A stretch of 64,000 nucleotides of DNA from the NCBI GenBank assembly GCA_964574915.1, contig CAZNOW010000002.1:32328-96327 (forward strand), given 5' to 3'. This document shows, one piece after another, positions 45,388 to 54,166 of the stretch. Numbering within the stretch: position 1 is the stretch's first letter; each line of letters begins with the position of its first letter. The DNA comes from an uncultured Candidatus Saccharibacteria bacterium. GTDB lineage: Bacteria > Patescibacteriota > Saccharimonadia > Saccharimonadales > UBA4665. Position numbers and translations under genes: made by a program. The notes under the pieces were generated by a model that did no database searches, was not told where the DNA came from, and saw only the letters and a program-made list of their open reading frames with translations.

Positions 45388-45739
45388 ATGGCGATGAACG
45401 TTTCTTGGCAGCTGGTTTTTTAGTGGTAGTCGTTTTCTTAACGGTGGTTTTCTTGACAACTTTTTTAGCAGTCGATTTCTTGCCGGCAGCCGTATTAGTG
45501 GAAGCAGTTTTGGCTTTAGCGGCTAATTGTTTTTTCATCCGAGCTGCCTTATTTTTGGAAATTAATCTTTTCTTAACGGCGGTATCAATCGCACTTTGAG
45601 CGCTGCTTAATGAATCTGAAGACATTTTTTTAATGAAAAGTTTAATTGTACTTCGAATCGCGCGTTTGGTTTTACTATTACGAATAGTAGCTTTACGGGC
45701 GGTTCGAACTCGCTTTTTAGCAGATTTAATAATGGGCAT
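45377..45739 (-). CDS. rpsT: 30S ribosomal protein S20 with a K/T/A-rich C-terminal extension
   Basis: MPIIKSAKKRVRTARKATIRNSKTKR N-terminus. 120 aa, with the tail KKSTAKKVVKKTTVKKTTTTKKPAAKKRSSPSKK. Confidence 0.88.
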   Translation of the reverse strand: MPIIKSAKKRVRTARKATIRNSKTKRAIRSTIKLFIKKMSSDSLSSAQSAIDTAVKKRLISKNKAARMKKQLAAKAKTASTNTAAGKKSTAKKVVKKTTVKKTTTTKKPAAKKRSSPSKK

Positions 45740-45886
45740 AACTTTCCTTCGAGTTTAATCTGATTTCCAAGTGACTATAACAGATTAGCGCCCATCTTGT
45801 AAAGCAAATTGCCCGACTAATCGACCGCTTATGGACAAGTGTAATTATTTGTGTTAAGCTCACGCTAAAGGTTAAAATAAACAAGT

Positions 45887-47641
45887 ATGGAAAACGCAGA
45901 ACAGCAAGTTATTGAACGCTTGAAACAGGCTCGTAATATCTTAGTGACCGTTCGGAATAATCCCAATGTCGATTTGCTTAGCTCCTGTATCGGGCTGGCC
46001 CTCGGGTTGGATAAAATGGAGAAACACGTGGCCGCTGTTTTTAGCGGTGAAGTGCCGAGTACTTTGGAATTTTTAAAGCCCGAAGAAACTATTGAGCAAA
46101 ACCCAGACAGTTTGCGAGATTTTATAATTGCCTTAGATAAATCCAAAGCTGATAAACTGCGCTACAAAGTCGAAGATAAAGTAGTTCGCATTTTTATAAC
46201 GCCATATAAAACTAGCCTAAGCCAAGAAGATTTAGAATTTAGCCAGGGTGATTTTAATGTTGACGCTGTCATCGCACTAGGGGCGCATGAGCAGCAAGAA
46301 CTTGACCAAGCTATCACTACCCACGGCCGAATCCTGCATGACGCCACAGTTATTTGTATCAATAACACCGCCAACGGCAACCTCGGGTCAATCAATTGGC
46401 AAGATACCAGTGCCAGTTCAGTGTCTGAGCTAGTTACCATGCTGCTCAAAGATCTGGACAAAAGCGTCCTAGACGAGCAAATTGCGACCGCACTACTAAC
46501 CGGGATTGTGGCCGAGACAGCCCGGTTTAGTAACGAAAAAACTACGCCTAGAACTATGAGTTTAGCTGGGGACTTAATGTCAGCCGGGGCCAACCAGCAA
46601 TTAGTTGCCACCCAATTAGAAGAGGGAGGTGACTTAAAGACTGCACAGCCCAATACTAACCCAACCGATAACCAATCATCTGCTACTCCAAGCCCCGCCG
46701 GCGAATTGCCAAAACCCGAAGATGGAACATTGGAAATTAGTCACCAATTACCTGAAGTACCGGCTCAGCCCGGTCCAGCCTCTGAAGTTCCGGACCGGGA
46801 TATGTTGAATATTCCGGAGCCCCCGAAAATCTCGGGCGTATATAGTACATCGACCAACGATAACCCGTTCAGTGCCGAGTTGGAAAAGGAAAATGATGAT
46901 GATACTCCGACCGCCGGACACGATTATCTGATTGATGAACCAGCAGTGCCTGGCAGTATACCGTCAACGAGTAGCCGGGTACAGCCGAGTAATGCTAATC
47001 CGTTCGATCTACCGCCCCAAGAACCTACCGAACCGTTAATGTCGCAAGCAGGTGTAAGTCCGACGGCTCAATTTGGTCAGCCGACCGAATTACCCGAGCC
47101 ACCTTTACCAACATCTTCTCCCGCCTCGCCAGCCAATAACCCATTTGCCCCCGCAGCTCCGTACTCACCGGCAGCACCGTTAACATCTGCTAGTGATACC
47201 GAAACGCTGGAAAAAATCGAACAAGATGTGCATAGTCCGCACTTAAATGAAGAACAGGTCACAGCCAAAACTGATGTGGATAATGCCCGGCAGGATGTAC
47301 TTCAAGCCCTGCAAAGCAGTAAAGAACCCCTAAAACCGGTTGACTCACTCGGTGCCAGCCCACTAGGCAGTCCGTTACATGCTGATCAGGACCCAACTAC
47401 GGCTCTCCATCATCATGAAGTGGAAATCGACCAAGACGGTAATTTAACGACTAAAAAAATTACTCCACCAAGCGAACTAGTCCCCCCGGAAGATGACAGT
47501 AATATTAACGGTAATCCGCCGCTAGATATGCCTTTACCCCCTGAAGTCCCGGGGCAGCCTCCGATGCCGCCAGCCGCTCCTAATGATTCCACCCCGCCTC
47601 CGACCGTACCGCCGCCATTCATGCCGCCACATAACTTTTAG
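45887..47641 (+). CDS. DHH-fold (NrnA-like) homolog lacking the DHH motif, with a long proline-rich tail
   Basis: The N-terminal ~250 aa parallel NrnA blocks, but DxD reads NPNVD and DHH reads NNT (46361..46369). The C-terminal ~330 aa are P/S/T-rich. Confidence 0.55.
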   Translation: MENAEQQVIERLKQARNILVTVRNNPNVDLLSSCIGLALGLDKMEKHVAAVFSGEVPSTLEFLKPEETIEQNPDSLRDFIIALDKSKADKLRYKVEDKVVRIFITPYKTSLSQEDLEFSQGDFNVDAVIALGAHEQQELDQAITTHGRILHDATVICINNTANGNLGSINWQDTSASSVSELVTMLLKDLDKSVLDEQIATALLTGIVAETARFSNEKTTPRTMSLAGDLMSAGANQQLVATQLEEGGDLKTAQPNTNPTDNQSSATPSPAGELPKPEDGTLEISHQLPEVPAQPGPASEVPDRDMLNIPEPPKISGVYSTSTNDNPFSAELEKENDDDTPTAGHDYLIDEPAVPGSIPSTSSRVQPSNANPFDLPPQEPTEPLMSQAGVSPTAQFGQPTELPEPPLPTSSPASPANNPFAPAAPYSPAAPLTSASDTETLEKIEQDVHSPHLNEEQVTAKTDVDNARQDVLQALQSSKEPLKPVDSLGASPLGSPLHADQDPTTALHHHEVEIDQDGNLTTKKITPPSELVPPEDDSNINGNPPLDMPLPPEVPGQPPMPPAAPNDSTPPPTVPPPFMPPHNF

Positions 47642-47688
47642 TGACAATTTATAACTGATATCTTGCTAACTTTAGTACAATTGCTAGC

Positions 47689-48384
47689 ATGCAAGGTGTT
47701 TTATTAGTCGATAAGCCCAAAGGCTGGACCTCTTTTGATGTGGTTAATTATGTACGCAAGCTACTTGCTCAAGCCTTAAGTGTAAAGCCCAAAACCCTGA
47801 AAGTCGGACATACCGGCACTCTCGACCCGCTAGCCAGCGGATTATTAATTGTGCTGATCGGATCTCATTATACCCGCCGGGCTCAGGAACTTAGTCATCT
47901 GGATAAAACGTACGATGTTTACGCCCGTCTCGGCCAGACCAGTTCTACAGGTGACGAGGAAGGCGAAAAGCAGCTAATCAGTGACCGGGTACCGTCAACC
48001 AATGAGATCAGTGCAGTGCTCCAAAATTTTAGCGGCGAGCTGCAGCAAACCCCGCCGATTTATTCGGCCATTAAAGTTCAGGGGCAACGGGCTTATCAGC
48101 TGGCTAGGGCCGGCCAGTCAGTCAGCTTAGAGCCGCGGACCGTTAAGATTTATCAGAACAAATTAATCAGTTATCAGTATCCGTTAGTTCATTTTCAAAG
48201 CACGGTCAGTAGCGGTACCTATATCAGGTCACTGGTTGAAGATATCGGACGGCAGCTGCAAACCGGAGCCTATTTAGCTGACTTATGCCGCACAAATATC
48301 GGGCAATTTACTCTTAAAAATGCCGTGACTGTACAAAATATTCATCCAGAACAACTGGCTAGCCAGCTGGTCACCCTCGATTGA
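47689..48384 (+). CDS. truB: tRNA pseudouridine(55) synthase
   Basis: GVLLVDKPKGWTSFDVV and HTGTLDPLASGLL (catalytic Asp). Confidence 0.92.
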   Translation: MQGVLLVDKPKGWTSFDVVNYVRKLLAQALSVKPKTLKVGHTGTLDPLASGLLIVLIGSHYTRRAQELSHLDKTYDVYARLGQTSSTGDEEGEKQLISDRVPSTNEISAVLQNFSGELQQTPPIYSAIKVQGQRAYQLARAGQSVSLEPRTVKIYQNKLISYQYPLVHFQSTVSSGTYIRSLVEDIGRQLQTGAYLADLCRTNIGQFTLKNAVTVQNIHPEQLASQLVTLD

Positions 48385-48409
48385 ATACTTTATTATCTCA
48401 ATAGCTATC

Positions 48410-48438
48410 TTGTGGACTTCGGTAGCTTCTGGTATAAT
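48410..48438 (+). promoter_or_regulatory. candidate promoter of rpsO
   Basis: TTGTGG (48410..48415), 17 nt, TATAAT (48433..48438). The -10 element ends 9 nt before the rpsO ATG. Confidence 0.45.
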
Positions 48439-48447
48439 GTGCCCAAC

Positions 48448-48714
48448 ATGATAACACGTGAGAAAAAACAGGCTGCTATTGCTGGAGTTCAGGCTCATAA
48501 AACAGATACCGGCGGATCTGCTAATCAAGCAGCAATGGCTACTGAGCGCATCAAAGAATTAACCGAGCATCTGAAAGTCCATAAAAAAGATTTTGCCGCC
48601 CGACGCGGGTTACTGCAATTGGTCGGTCAACGCCGTCGCCATCTGAAATACATCGCCACTCGCAATAGCCAAACCTATCTTGAGCTGATTAAAAAACTAG
48701 GTATTCGTCGCTAA
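48448..48714 (+). CDS. rpsO: 30S ribosomal protein S15
   Basis: MITREKKQAAIAGVQAHKTDTGGS ... RRGLLQLVGQRRRHLKYI. Start taken at the ATG at 48448 rather than the GTG at 48412. Confidence 0.9.
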   Translation: MITREKKQAAIAGVQAHKTDTGGSANQAAMATERIKELTEHLKVHKKDFAARRGLLQLVGQRRRHLKYIATRNSQTYLELIKKLGIRR

Positions 48715-48914
48715 CAGCGCATAGACCAGCCCCCTCAATAACCGAGGACGCCAGCTTGTGCACTTTAAAACATCGATTATTTTAATGTGCTCGTAAATAG
48801 AGCTACAGATATACCAGCCGATATTATTAAGCACAAGGATAGCTGGATATTTGCACTCTGCTTACGAGGACAAAAATACCACTCTGATGTAGTAGAAAGG
48901 TCAGAAATAACCTT

Positions 48915-51053
48915 ATGGGACAGACAATTAACCCTTCAGGTAAATCAATCATAAAAATTAAAACCGAATTTTGCGGTCGACCCTTGACGCTTGAAGTCGG
49001 GCGACTCGGTTTCCGCAGTTCAGCTGCGGTCATGGCCAGTTATGGCGATACCGTTGTTTTAGGTACGGTCATGGTCGGCAATACCGCCGCCACCGGGATG
49101 GATTATTTTCCGCTGAGTATCGATTATGAAGAACGATTTTATGCCGCCGGCAAGATTAGCGGCAGCCGTTATATTAAACGGGAAGGTCGTCCGTCAGACG
49201 AAGCCATCCTGACCGGGCGTATTATCGACCGGCCGATCCGTCCGCTCTGGCCGAAAGGTTATCGCAATGAAGTGCAAGCTATTGCCACTGTTTTAAGTTG
49301 CGATCCTGACTTTCGTCCGGACGTTATCGCCATGATCGCCGTGAGTGCGGCCTTAATGCTGACCGGAGCGCCATTTGAAGGACCGGTTGCCGGTGTCCGC
49401 GTCGGCCTAAAAGACGGCAAACTGACCGCTTTTATGTCTAGCGATGAGCTAGCCAGCAGTTCGCTTGATTTAGTTGTAGCTGGTACCGAGCAGGCCATTA
49501 CCATGGTCGAAGCCGGAGCCAAAGAAGTCAGTGAAGATCAAATTGCCGAGGCCCTCGAATTTGCTTATAAAGCAATTCAGCCGGCCATAGCTTTGCAACA
49601 AGAATTAGTGAAAAAAGTCGGCGTCACGCCTCAGGTATATGAGCTGGAGCTGATCGATAGCGACATTCAGCAGCGGGTAGAAACCTGGCTCGAAGGACGC
49701 CTCGGAACCGGCTTGCGAGCACCTTATCCGGAACGAAACGATCTGCTTAGGGATCTACAGGCCGCTATGTTTAGTCACTTTGAAGAAGAAATCGGTCCGG
49801 AATTTTCTGAAGTTAAATCAAAATATGCAGAAGCCTTTACCATGGCAGTCCATAAGGACGTACGCCAGGGAATTATCAAAGACGGTATCCGTCCCGACGG
49901 ACGAGCCCTGACCGATGTCCGGCCGCTATCCAGCGAAGTCGGAGTTCTGCCGCGGGCCCACGGGTCCAGTATATTTACCCGCGGCCTAACCCAGGCTCTG
50001 AATATCGTGACCTTGGCACCTCCTTCATACGCTCAATTAGTCGACACCATGGAACATAGTGGCGAACGGCGTTATATGCATCATTACAACGCTCCGGGTT
50101 ATACCGTCGGTGAGGTCCGTCGGCTGGGCAGTCCCGGCAGGCGCGAAATCGGTCACGGCTATTTAGCGGAACGGGCTTTACTGCCGGTTATGCCTGACGA
50201 AACGGTTTTTCCTTATACTGTCCGGTCGGTTACGGAAATCATGAGCCAAAACGGCTCAACCAGTATGGCCGCCACCTGCTCCAGTTGTCTGGCACTGATG
50301 GATGCCGGAGTACCGATCAAAGCCCCGGTCAGTGGGATTGCCATGGGCTTAATCATGGATGATAAAAAAACCTTTATCTTAAGTGATTTAGCGGATGCCG
50401 AAGACTTTGCTGGCGATATGGATTTTAAAGTTGCCGGCACCAAAGACGGTATTACGGCCCTGCAAATGGATATGAAAGTCCACGGTTTACCGGTAGAGAT
50501 ACTGAAAAAAGCCTTACTTCAAGCCAAAGAAGGCCGGGCTTTGATTCTCAAGCATATGCTTACTACTCTGGAAAAACCGCGCGATGAACTTAGTCCTTAT
50601 GCGCCTCGAGTCGAGTCGATTCACATCAATCCGGAAAAGATCCGTGAAGTTATCGGTAAAGGCGGCGAGACGATTAATAAAATCATTGCCGCTACCGGAG
50701 CCGAAATTGATATTAAAGATGACGGCACGGTCTTAATTGCCAGTCCTGATAAAAAATCAATCGACGGGGCCATTCAATTTATCCAAACTCTGACTGCCGA
50801 ACCGGAAGTTGGTAAGATTTACCAAAATTGCCGAGTAGTTAGTGTTCTGGATTTCGGGGTATTTGTAGAGATACTGCCAGGCAAAGAAGGTCTGGTTCAT
50901 GTCAGTGAAATGCAAGACAGCCGAGTCAACAAACCGAGTGACATACTCAAAGAAGGTGATCACGTAGACGTCAAACTGGTGGCGGTCGATGACCGTGGCC
51001 GGCTGGTTTTAAGTATGAAAGCTGCTCAACACGAGCTTCAAGACAAGAAGTAG
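48915..51053 (+). CDS. pnp: polyribonucleotide nucleotidyltransferase
   Basis: 712 aa with two RNase PH domains, a KH domain (GKGGETINKI) and an S1 domain. Confidence 0.95.
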   Translation: MGQTINPSGKSIIKIKTEFCGRPLTLEVGRLGFRSSAAVMASYGDTVVLGTVMVGNTAATGMDYFPLSIDYEERFYAAGKISGSRYIKREGRPSDEAILTGRIIDRPIRPLWPKGYRNEVQAIATVLSCDPDFRPDVIAMIAVSAALMLTGAPFEGPVAGVRVGLKDGKLTAFMSSDELASSSLDLVVAGTEQAITMVEAGAKEVSEDQIAEALEFAYKAIQPAIALQQELVKKVGVTPQVYELELIDSDIQQRVETWLEGRLGTGLRAPYPERNDLLRDLQAAMFSHFEEEIGPEFSEVKSKYAEAFTMAVHKDVRQGIIKDGIRPDGRALTDVRPLSSEVGVLPRAHGSSIFTRGLTQALNIVTLAPPSYAQLVDTMEHSGERRYMHHYNAPGYTVGEVRRLGSPGRREIGHGYLAERALLPVMPDETVFPYTVRSVTEIMSQNGSTSMAATCSSCLALMDAGVPIKAPVSGIAMGLIMDDKKTFILSDLADAEDFAGDMDFKVAGTKDGITALQMDMKVHGLPVEILKKALLQAKEGRALILKHMLTTLEKPRDELSPYAPRVESIHINPEKIREVIGKGGETINKIIAATGAEIDIKDDGTVLIASPDKKSIDGAIQFIQTLTAEPEVGKIYQNCRVVSVLDFGVFVEILPGKEGLVHVSEMQDSRVNKPSDILKEGDHVDVKLVAVDDRGRLVLSMKAAQHELQDKK

Positions 51054-51108
51054 GGTGAATAAACCAAGAGACATGTCGTTAAAGTGTTTAACAACTTAGG
51101 AATAGCCG

Positions 51109-51342
51109 ATGCAGGTACGTTCAATATTGGTTAACATTTCTAAATGGCATCAGACAGCTGGGGGTCTAAGTGTTTTTGCGGCCGCCGAGCTGCTATTGGC
51201 CTACGGTTTTGCCTCACTGGCTATCGACCGCGGCAGCTGGTGGTGGTACGGCTTAATGCTGATTACTTTTATCGGAACACTGCGAAATTTCATCAGACTA
51301 ATACGGAAAATATTCCATGTCCACCAATCAACAAAAGCTTGA
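51109..51342 (+). CDS. small two-TM membrane protein
   Basis: 77 aa with two hydrophobic helices. Overlaps the start of the UDG gene by 26 nt. Confidence 0.35.
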   Translation: MQVRSILVNISKWHQTAGGLSVFAAAELLLAYGFASLAIDRGSWWWYGLMLITFIGTLRNFIRLIRKIFHVHQSTKA

Positions 51343-51943
51343 CCTGGTTCAAGCCAAAATCATCAGCGATCAGATCTGTCCGGAACTGGCCAAAAGCGCC
51401 ATCCAGCTGGTTTTTGGCGACGGTAATCCGCAGGCAGAACTGATGTTTGTCGGCGAAGCGCCCGGTAAAAACGAAGACGAACAAGGTAAGCCGTTTGTCG
51501 GTGCGGCCGGCCGTTTTCTAAATGAAATGCTGGGGATGATCGGCTTAAAGCGAGAGGATGTCTATATTACCAACATCGTTAAATACCGACCGCCGAACAA
51601 TCGGGAACCTGAACCGACCGAAAAGCGGGCTTTTTTACCCTATTTACAAGCTCAATTAGAAATCATTAAACCGAAAGTCTTAATTACCCTTGGCAGTCAT
51701 AGCCTAAGCTGTTTTATACCAGACATCGCTATCAGCTTATGCCATGGCCAGCCCAAACGAATACGTCTTAATTTTAAACCGGAGAAATCAACCGCTGCAA
51801 AAGCGGATAAAGGTTATCCGTTGGTCATACTACCGCTTTTTCACCCGGCTGCTGCTTTATATAACGGCGGGATGCGTCAGACTCTGATCGACGATTTTGC
51901 CAAAATCCCAGCAGTCCTTAAACAAGCTTCTAACGCTACATAA
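51317..51943 (+). CDS. uracil-DNA glycosylase, family 4
   Basis: GEAPGKNEDEQGKPFVGAAGRFL and HPAAALYN motifs. Confidence 0.85.
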   Translation: MSTNQQKLDLVQAKIISDQICPELAKSAIQLVFGDGNPQAELMFVGEAPGKNEDEQGKPFVGAAGRFLNEMLGMIGLKREDVYITNIVKYRPPNNREPEPTEKRAFLPYLQAQLEIIKPKVLITLGSHSLSCFIPDIAISLCHGQPKRIRLNFKPEKSTAAKADKGYPLVILPLFHPAAALYNGGMRQTLIDDFAKIPAVLKQASNAT

Positions 51944-51975
51944 AACATTAATATTAGATAACTCAAGGAGAACTA

Positions 51976-54012
51976 ATGAACCCAAACAACAATCACAATT
52001 TTAACCAACCGCCCAGACCGGGGAATAATCTGCCGACTATGCCATCCCAGCCGCATTTAAGTACGTCGCGGGGTCAAGCCGTCAGGGCCCAAAAGAAATC
52101 ACAAATGGATGCCCAACGCATCGCCGATCAATATACGGCGGCAATCCCACAACCAGATACTCAGCGCCGGGCTAATCTTATCGACGACCGCCCCCGGCTG
52201 AAGATTATCGGCTTAGGCGGAATGGACGGCGGCGGATCAAAGAATATGCTTCTCGTCGAATATCAGGACGATGCCGTAGTTTTAGACTGCGGTAATGATT
52301 TGGGTGTCGATTTACCCGGCATTAATTACGGTATTGCCGATACGACTTATCTCGAACAGATCAAACATAAGCTGCGTGCCTATATTATTACGCACGGCCA
52401 TCTAGATCATATCGGCGGTTTGCCGCACATCGTTCCGCGTATCCCGGCGCCGATTTACGGCTCCCGGTTTACTATCGGCATGATTCAAAAAGTATTTGAA
52501 GGCTTTAGCCTGCCGTTTCCCGAAGGTTTCCAGCTGCGTACCATCATCATGAATGAAGAAACCCATGAACGGCTAAAAATCGGTCCGTTTTTTGTCGAAC
52601 TGGTCCGAGTGACTCACTCCATTCCTGGCAGTACCAGTGTCATCTTAGATACCCCGGTCGGCCGGATCATTAATACTGGCGACTTTCGTCTGGACCCCAA
52701 TCCGTTAGATCATGAGCGTAGCGACACCGATCGCTTAAAGCAGCTCGGTAACGAAGGGGTACTGCTATTAATGTCAGACAGTACGACTTCCGAGCGGGCT
52801 GGCCGAACACCGTCGGAAAGCACCATTGAACCAACCTTTATTGATTTAATGGGTAAATGTCCTGGCCGTGTCTTTATTGCCATCTTCTCAACAAACATCA
52901 ACCGCATTCAGATGGTTGTTAATGCGGCTACCCATCACGGACGCAAAATTGCCATGGATGGGCGAAGCATGATGAGTACCCTTGAAGTGGCAGTCAAACT
53001 GGGCATGATTCGAATCCCGAAGGGTACTTTCGTACCAATTGCCAGCGTCGCTAACTTACGTGATGACGAAGTTGTAGTCGTCTGTACCGGATCACAAGGC
53101 GAACCCAGCTCAGCACTGCAGCGCATGTCGACTGGTGATCACAAACACATCAAGCTAAAAGACCAGGATTCAGTTATTTTATCGAGTACGCCAATTCCAG
53201 AAAGCGGCAACGATAAATTAATTGGCGACATGGTCGATCAGTTAATGAAAATGGGAGTCCATGTTTATCGTCATACCACGCATGATTTAGACGGCTGCGG
53301 ACCGCTGCACGTTTCTGGTCACGCCAGTTTGGATGAATACGGCGAAATGATCGATATGATTAAGCCGAAGTTCTTTGTGCCGATTTATGGTGCCTTCCGG
53401 GCTAAAAAATATCATATAGAAGAGGCTGTCCGGCGCGGCATACCACGGGCCAATTGTCTGAATGCCGGCAATGGTCAAATCATTGCTTTAACTCCCGATA
53501 AAATGGAGATGATCGGGGAGGTGCCGCACGGTACCATTTTAGTCGATGAAACCAGTGCCATCGTTTCTAACGTCGTGGTTAAAGACCGGGTACTGCTCAG
53601 TGAGGAAGGGCTGGTAGCCGTAGTTCTGACGATCGATAAACGAACCGGCAATTTACTAACCAGTCCGGACATTATCAGTCGCGGATTTATCTATATGCGC
53701 GACAATGAAGATCTGATGAACGGGCTGCGCACCGAACTGCGCCGAGCCACCCAACAGCGCTTTAAGCGAGTGGATTTGGATCGGTTTAAGGTTGAGCTGA
53801 AGGATCATGTCACTCATTATTTGTTTGACCAAACCCAGCGCAGCCCGATTGTCATCCCGGTAGTCAATGTCATTGGAGCTAAGGGTGAAGTAAGTACCAG
53901 CTCAAATGGTAACGGTAATACGAAGTCGGGAGAAGAGATTGTAGCGGAGCAGGAGCGGCGTTTCCAAGAGATGCGCGCTCGATTACTGACCCAAGATCCA
54001 AGGGTTGATTAA
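51976..54012 (+). CDS. rnj: ribonuclease J
   Basis: Metallo-beta-lactamase HGHLDH motif, beta-CASP and C-terminal domains. About 70 aa of N/P/Q-rich N-terminal extension. Confidence 0.88.
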   Translation: MNPNNNHNFNQPPRPGNNLPTMPSQPHLSTSRGQAVRAQKKSQMDAQRIADQYTAAIPQPDTQRRANLIDDRPRLKIIGLGGMDGGGSKNMLLVEYQDDAVVLDCGNDLGVDLPGINYGIADTTYLEQIKHKLRAYIITHGHLDHIGGLPHIVPRIPAPIYGSRFTIGMIQKVFEGFSLPFPEGFQLRTIIMNEETHERLKIGPFFVELVRVTHSIPGSTSVILDTPVGRIINTGDFRLDPNPLDHERSDTDRLKQLGNEGVLLLMSDSTTSERAGRTPSESTIEPTFIDLMGKCPGRVFIAIFSTNINRIQMVVNAATHHGRKIAMDGRSMMSTLEVAVKLGMIRIPKGTFVPIASVANLRDDEVVVVCTGSQGEPSSALQRMSTGDHKHIKLKDQDSVILSSTPIPESGNDKLIGDMVDQLMKMGVHVYRHTTHDLDGCGPLHVSGHASLDEYGEMIDMIKPKFFVPIYGAFRAKKYHIEEAVRRGIPRANCLNAGNGQIIALTPDKMEMIGEVPHGTILVDETSAIVSNVVVKDRVLLSEEGLVAVVLTIDKRTGNLLTSPDIISRGFIYMRDNEDLMNGLRTELRRATQQRFKRVDLDRFKVELKDHVTHYLFDQTQRSPIVIPVVNVIGAKGEVSTSSNGNGNTKSGEEIVAEQERRFQEMRARLLTQDPRVD

Positions 54013-54048
54013 AGTAATCTTAGCAGGTCGGTGATAAGCGTCAGCTTT

Positions 54049-54077
54049 TTGACAACTGATGTAAAATTTGCTATAAT
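54049..54077 (+). promoter_or_regulatory. consensus sigma-70 promoter upstream of ftsK
   Basis: TTGACA (54049..54054), 17 nt, TATAAT (54072..54077), with TGc immediately upstream of the -10 (extended -10). Confidence 0.75.
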
Positions 54078-54166
54078 ATTGTTACAATTAACTAATTAAC
54101 CAGATACCTCATCGGTTTTAAGCTACCTAGACCATAAGAAGTAACGAGGGTATAATCGAGGAAGCT

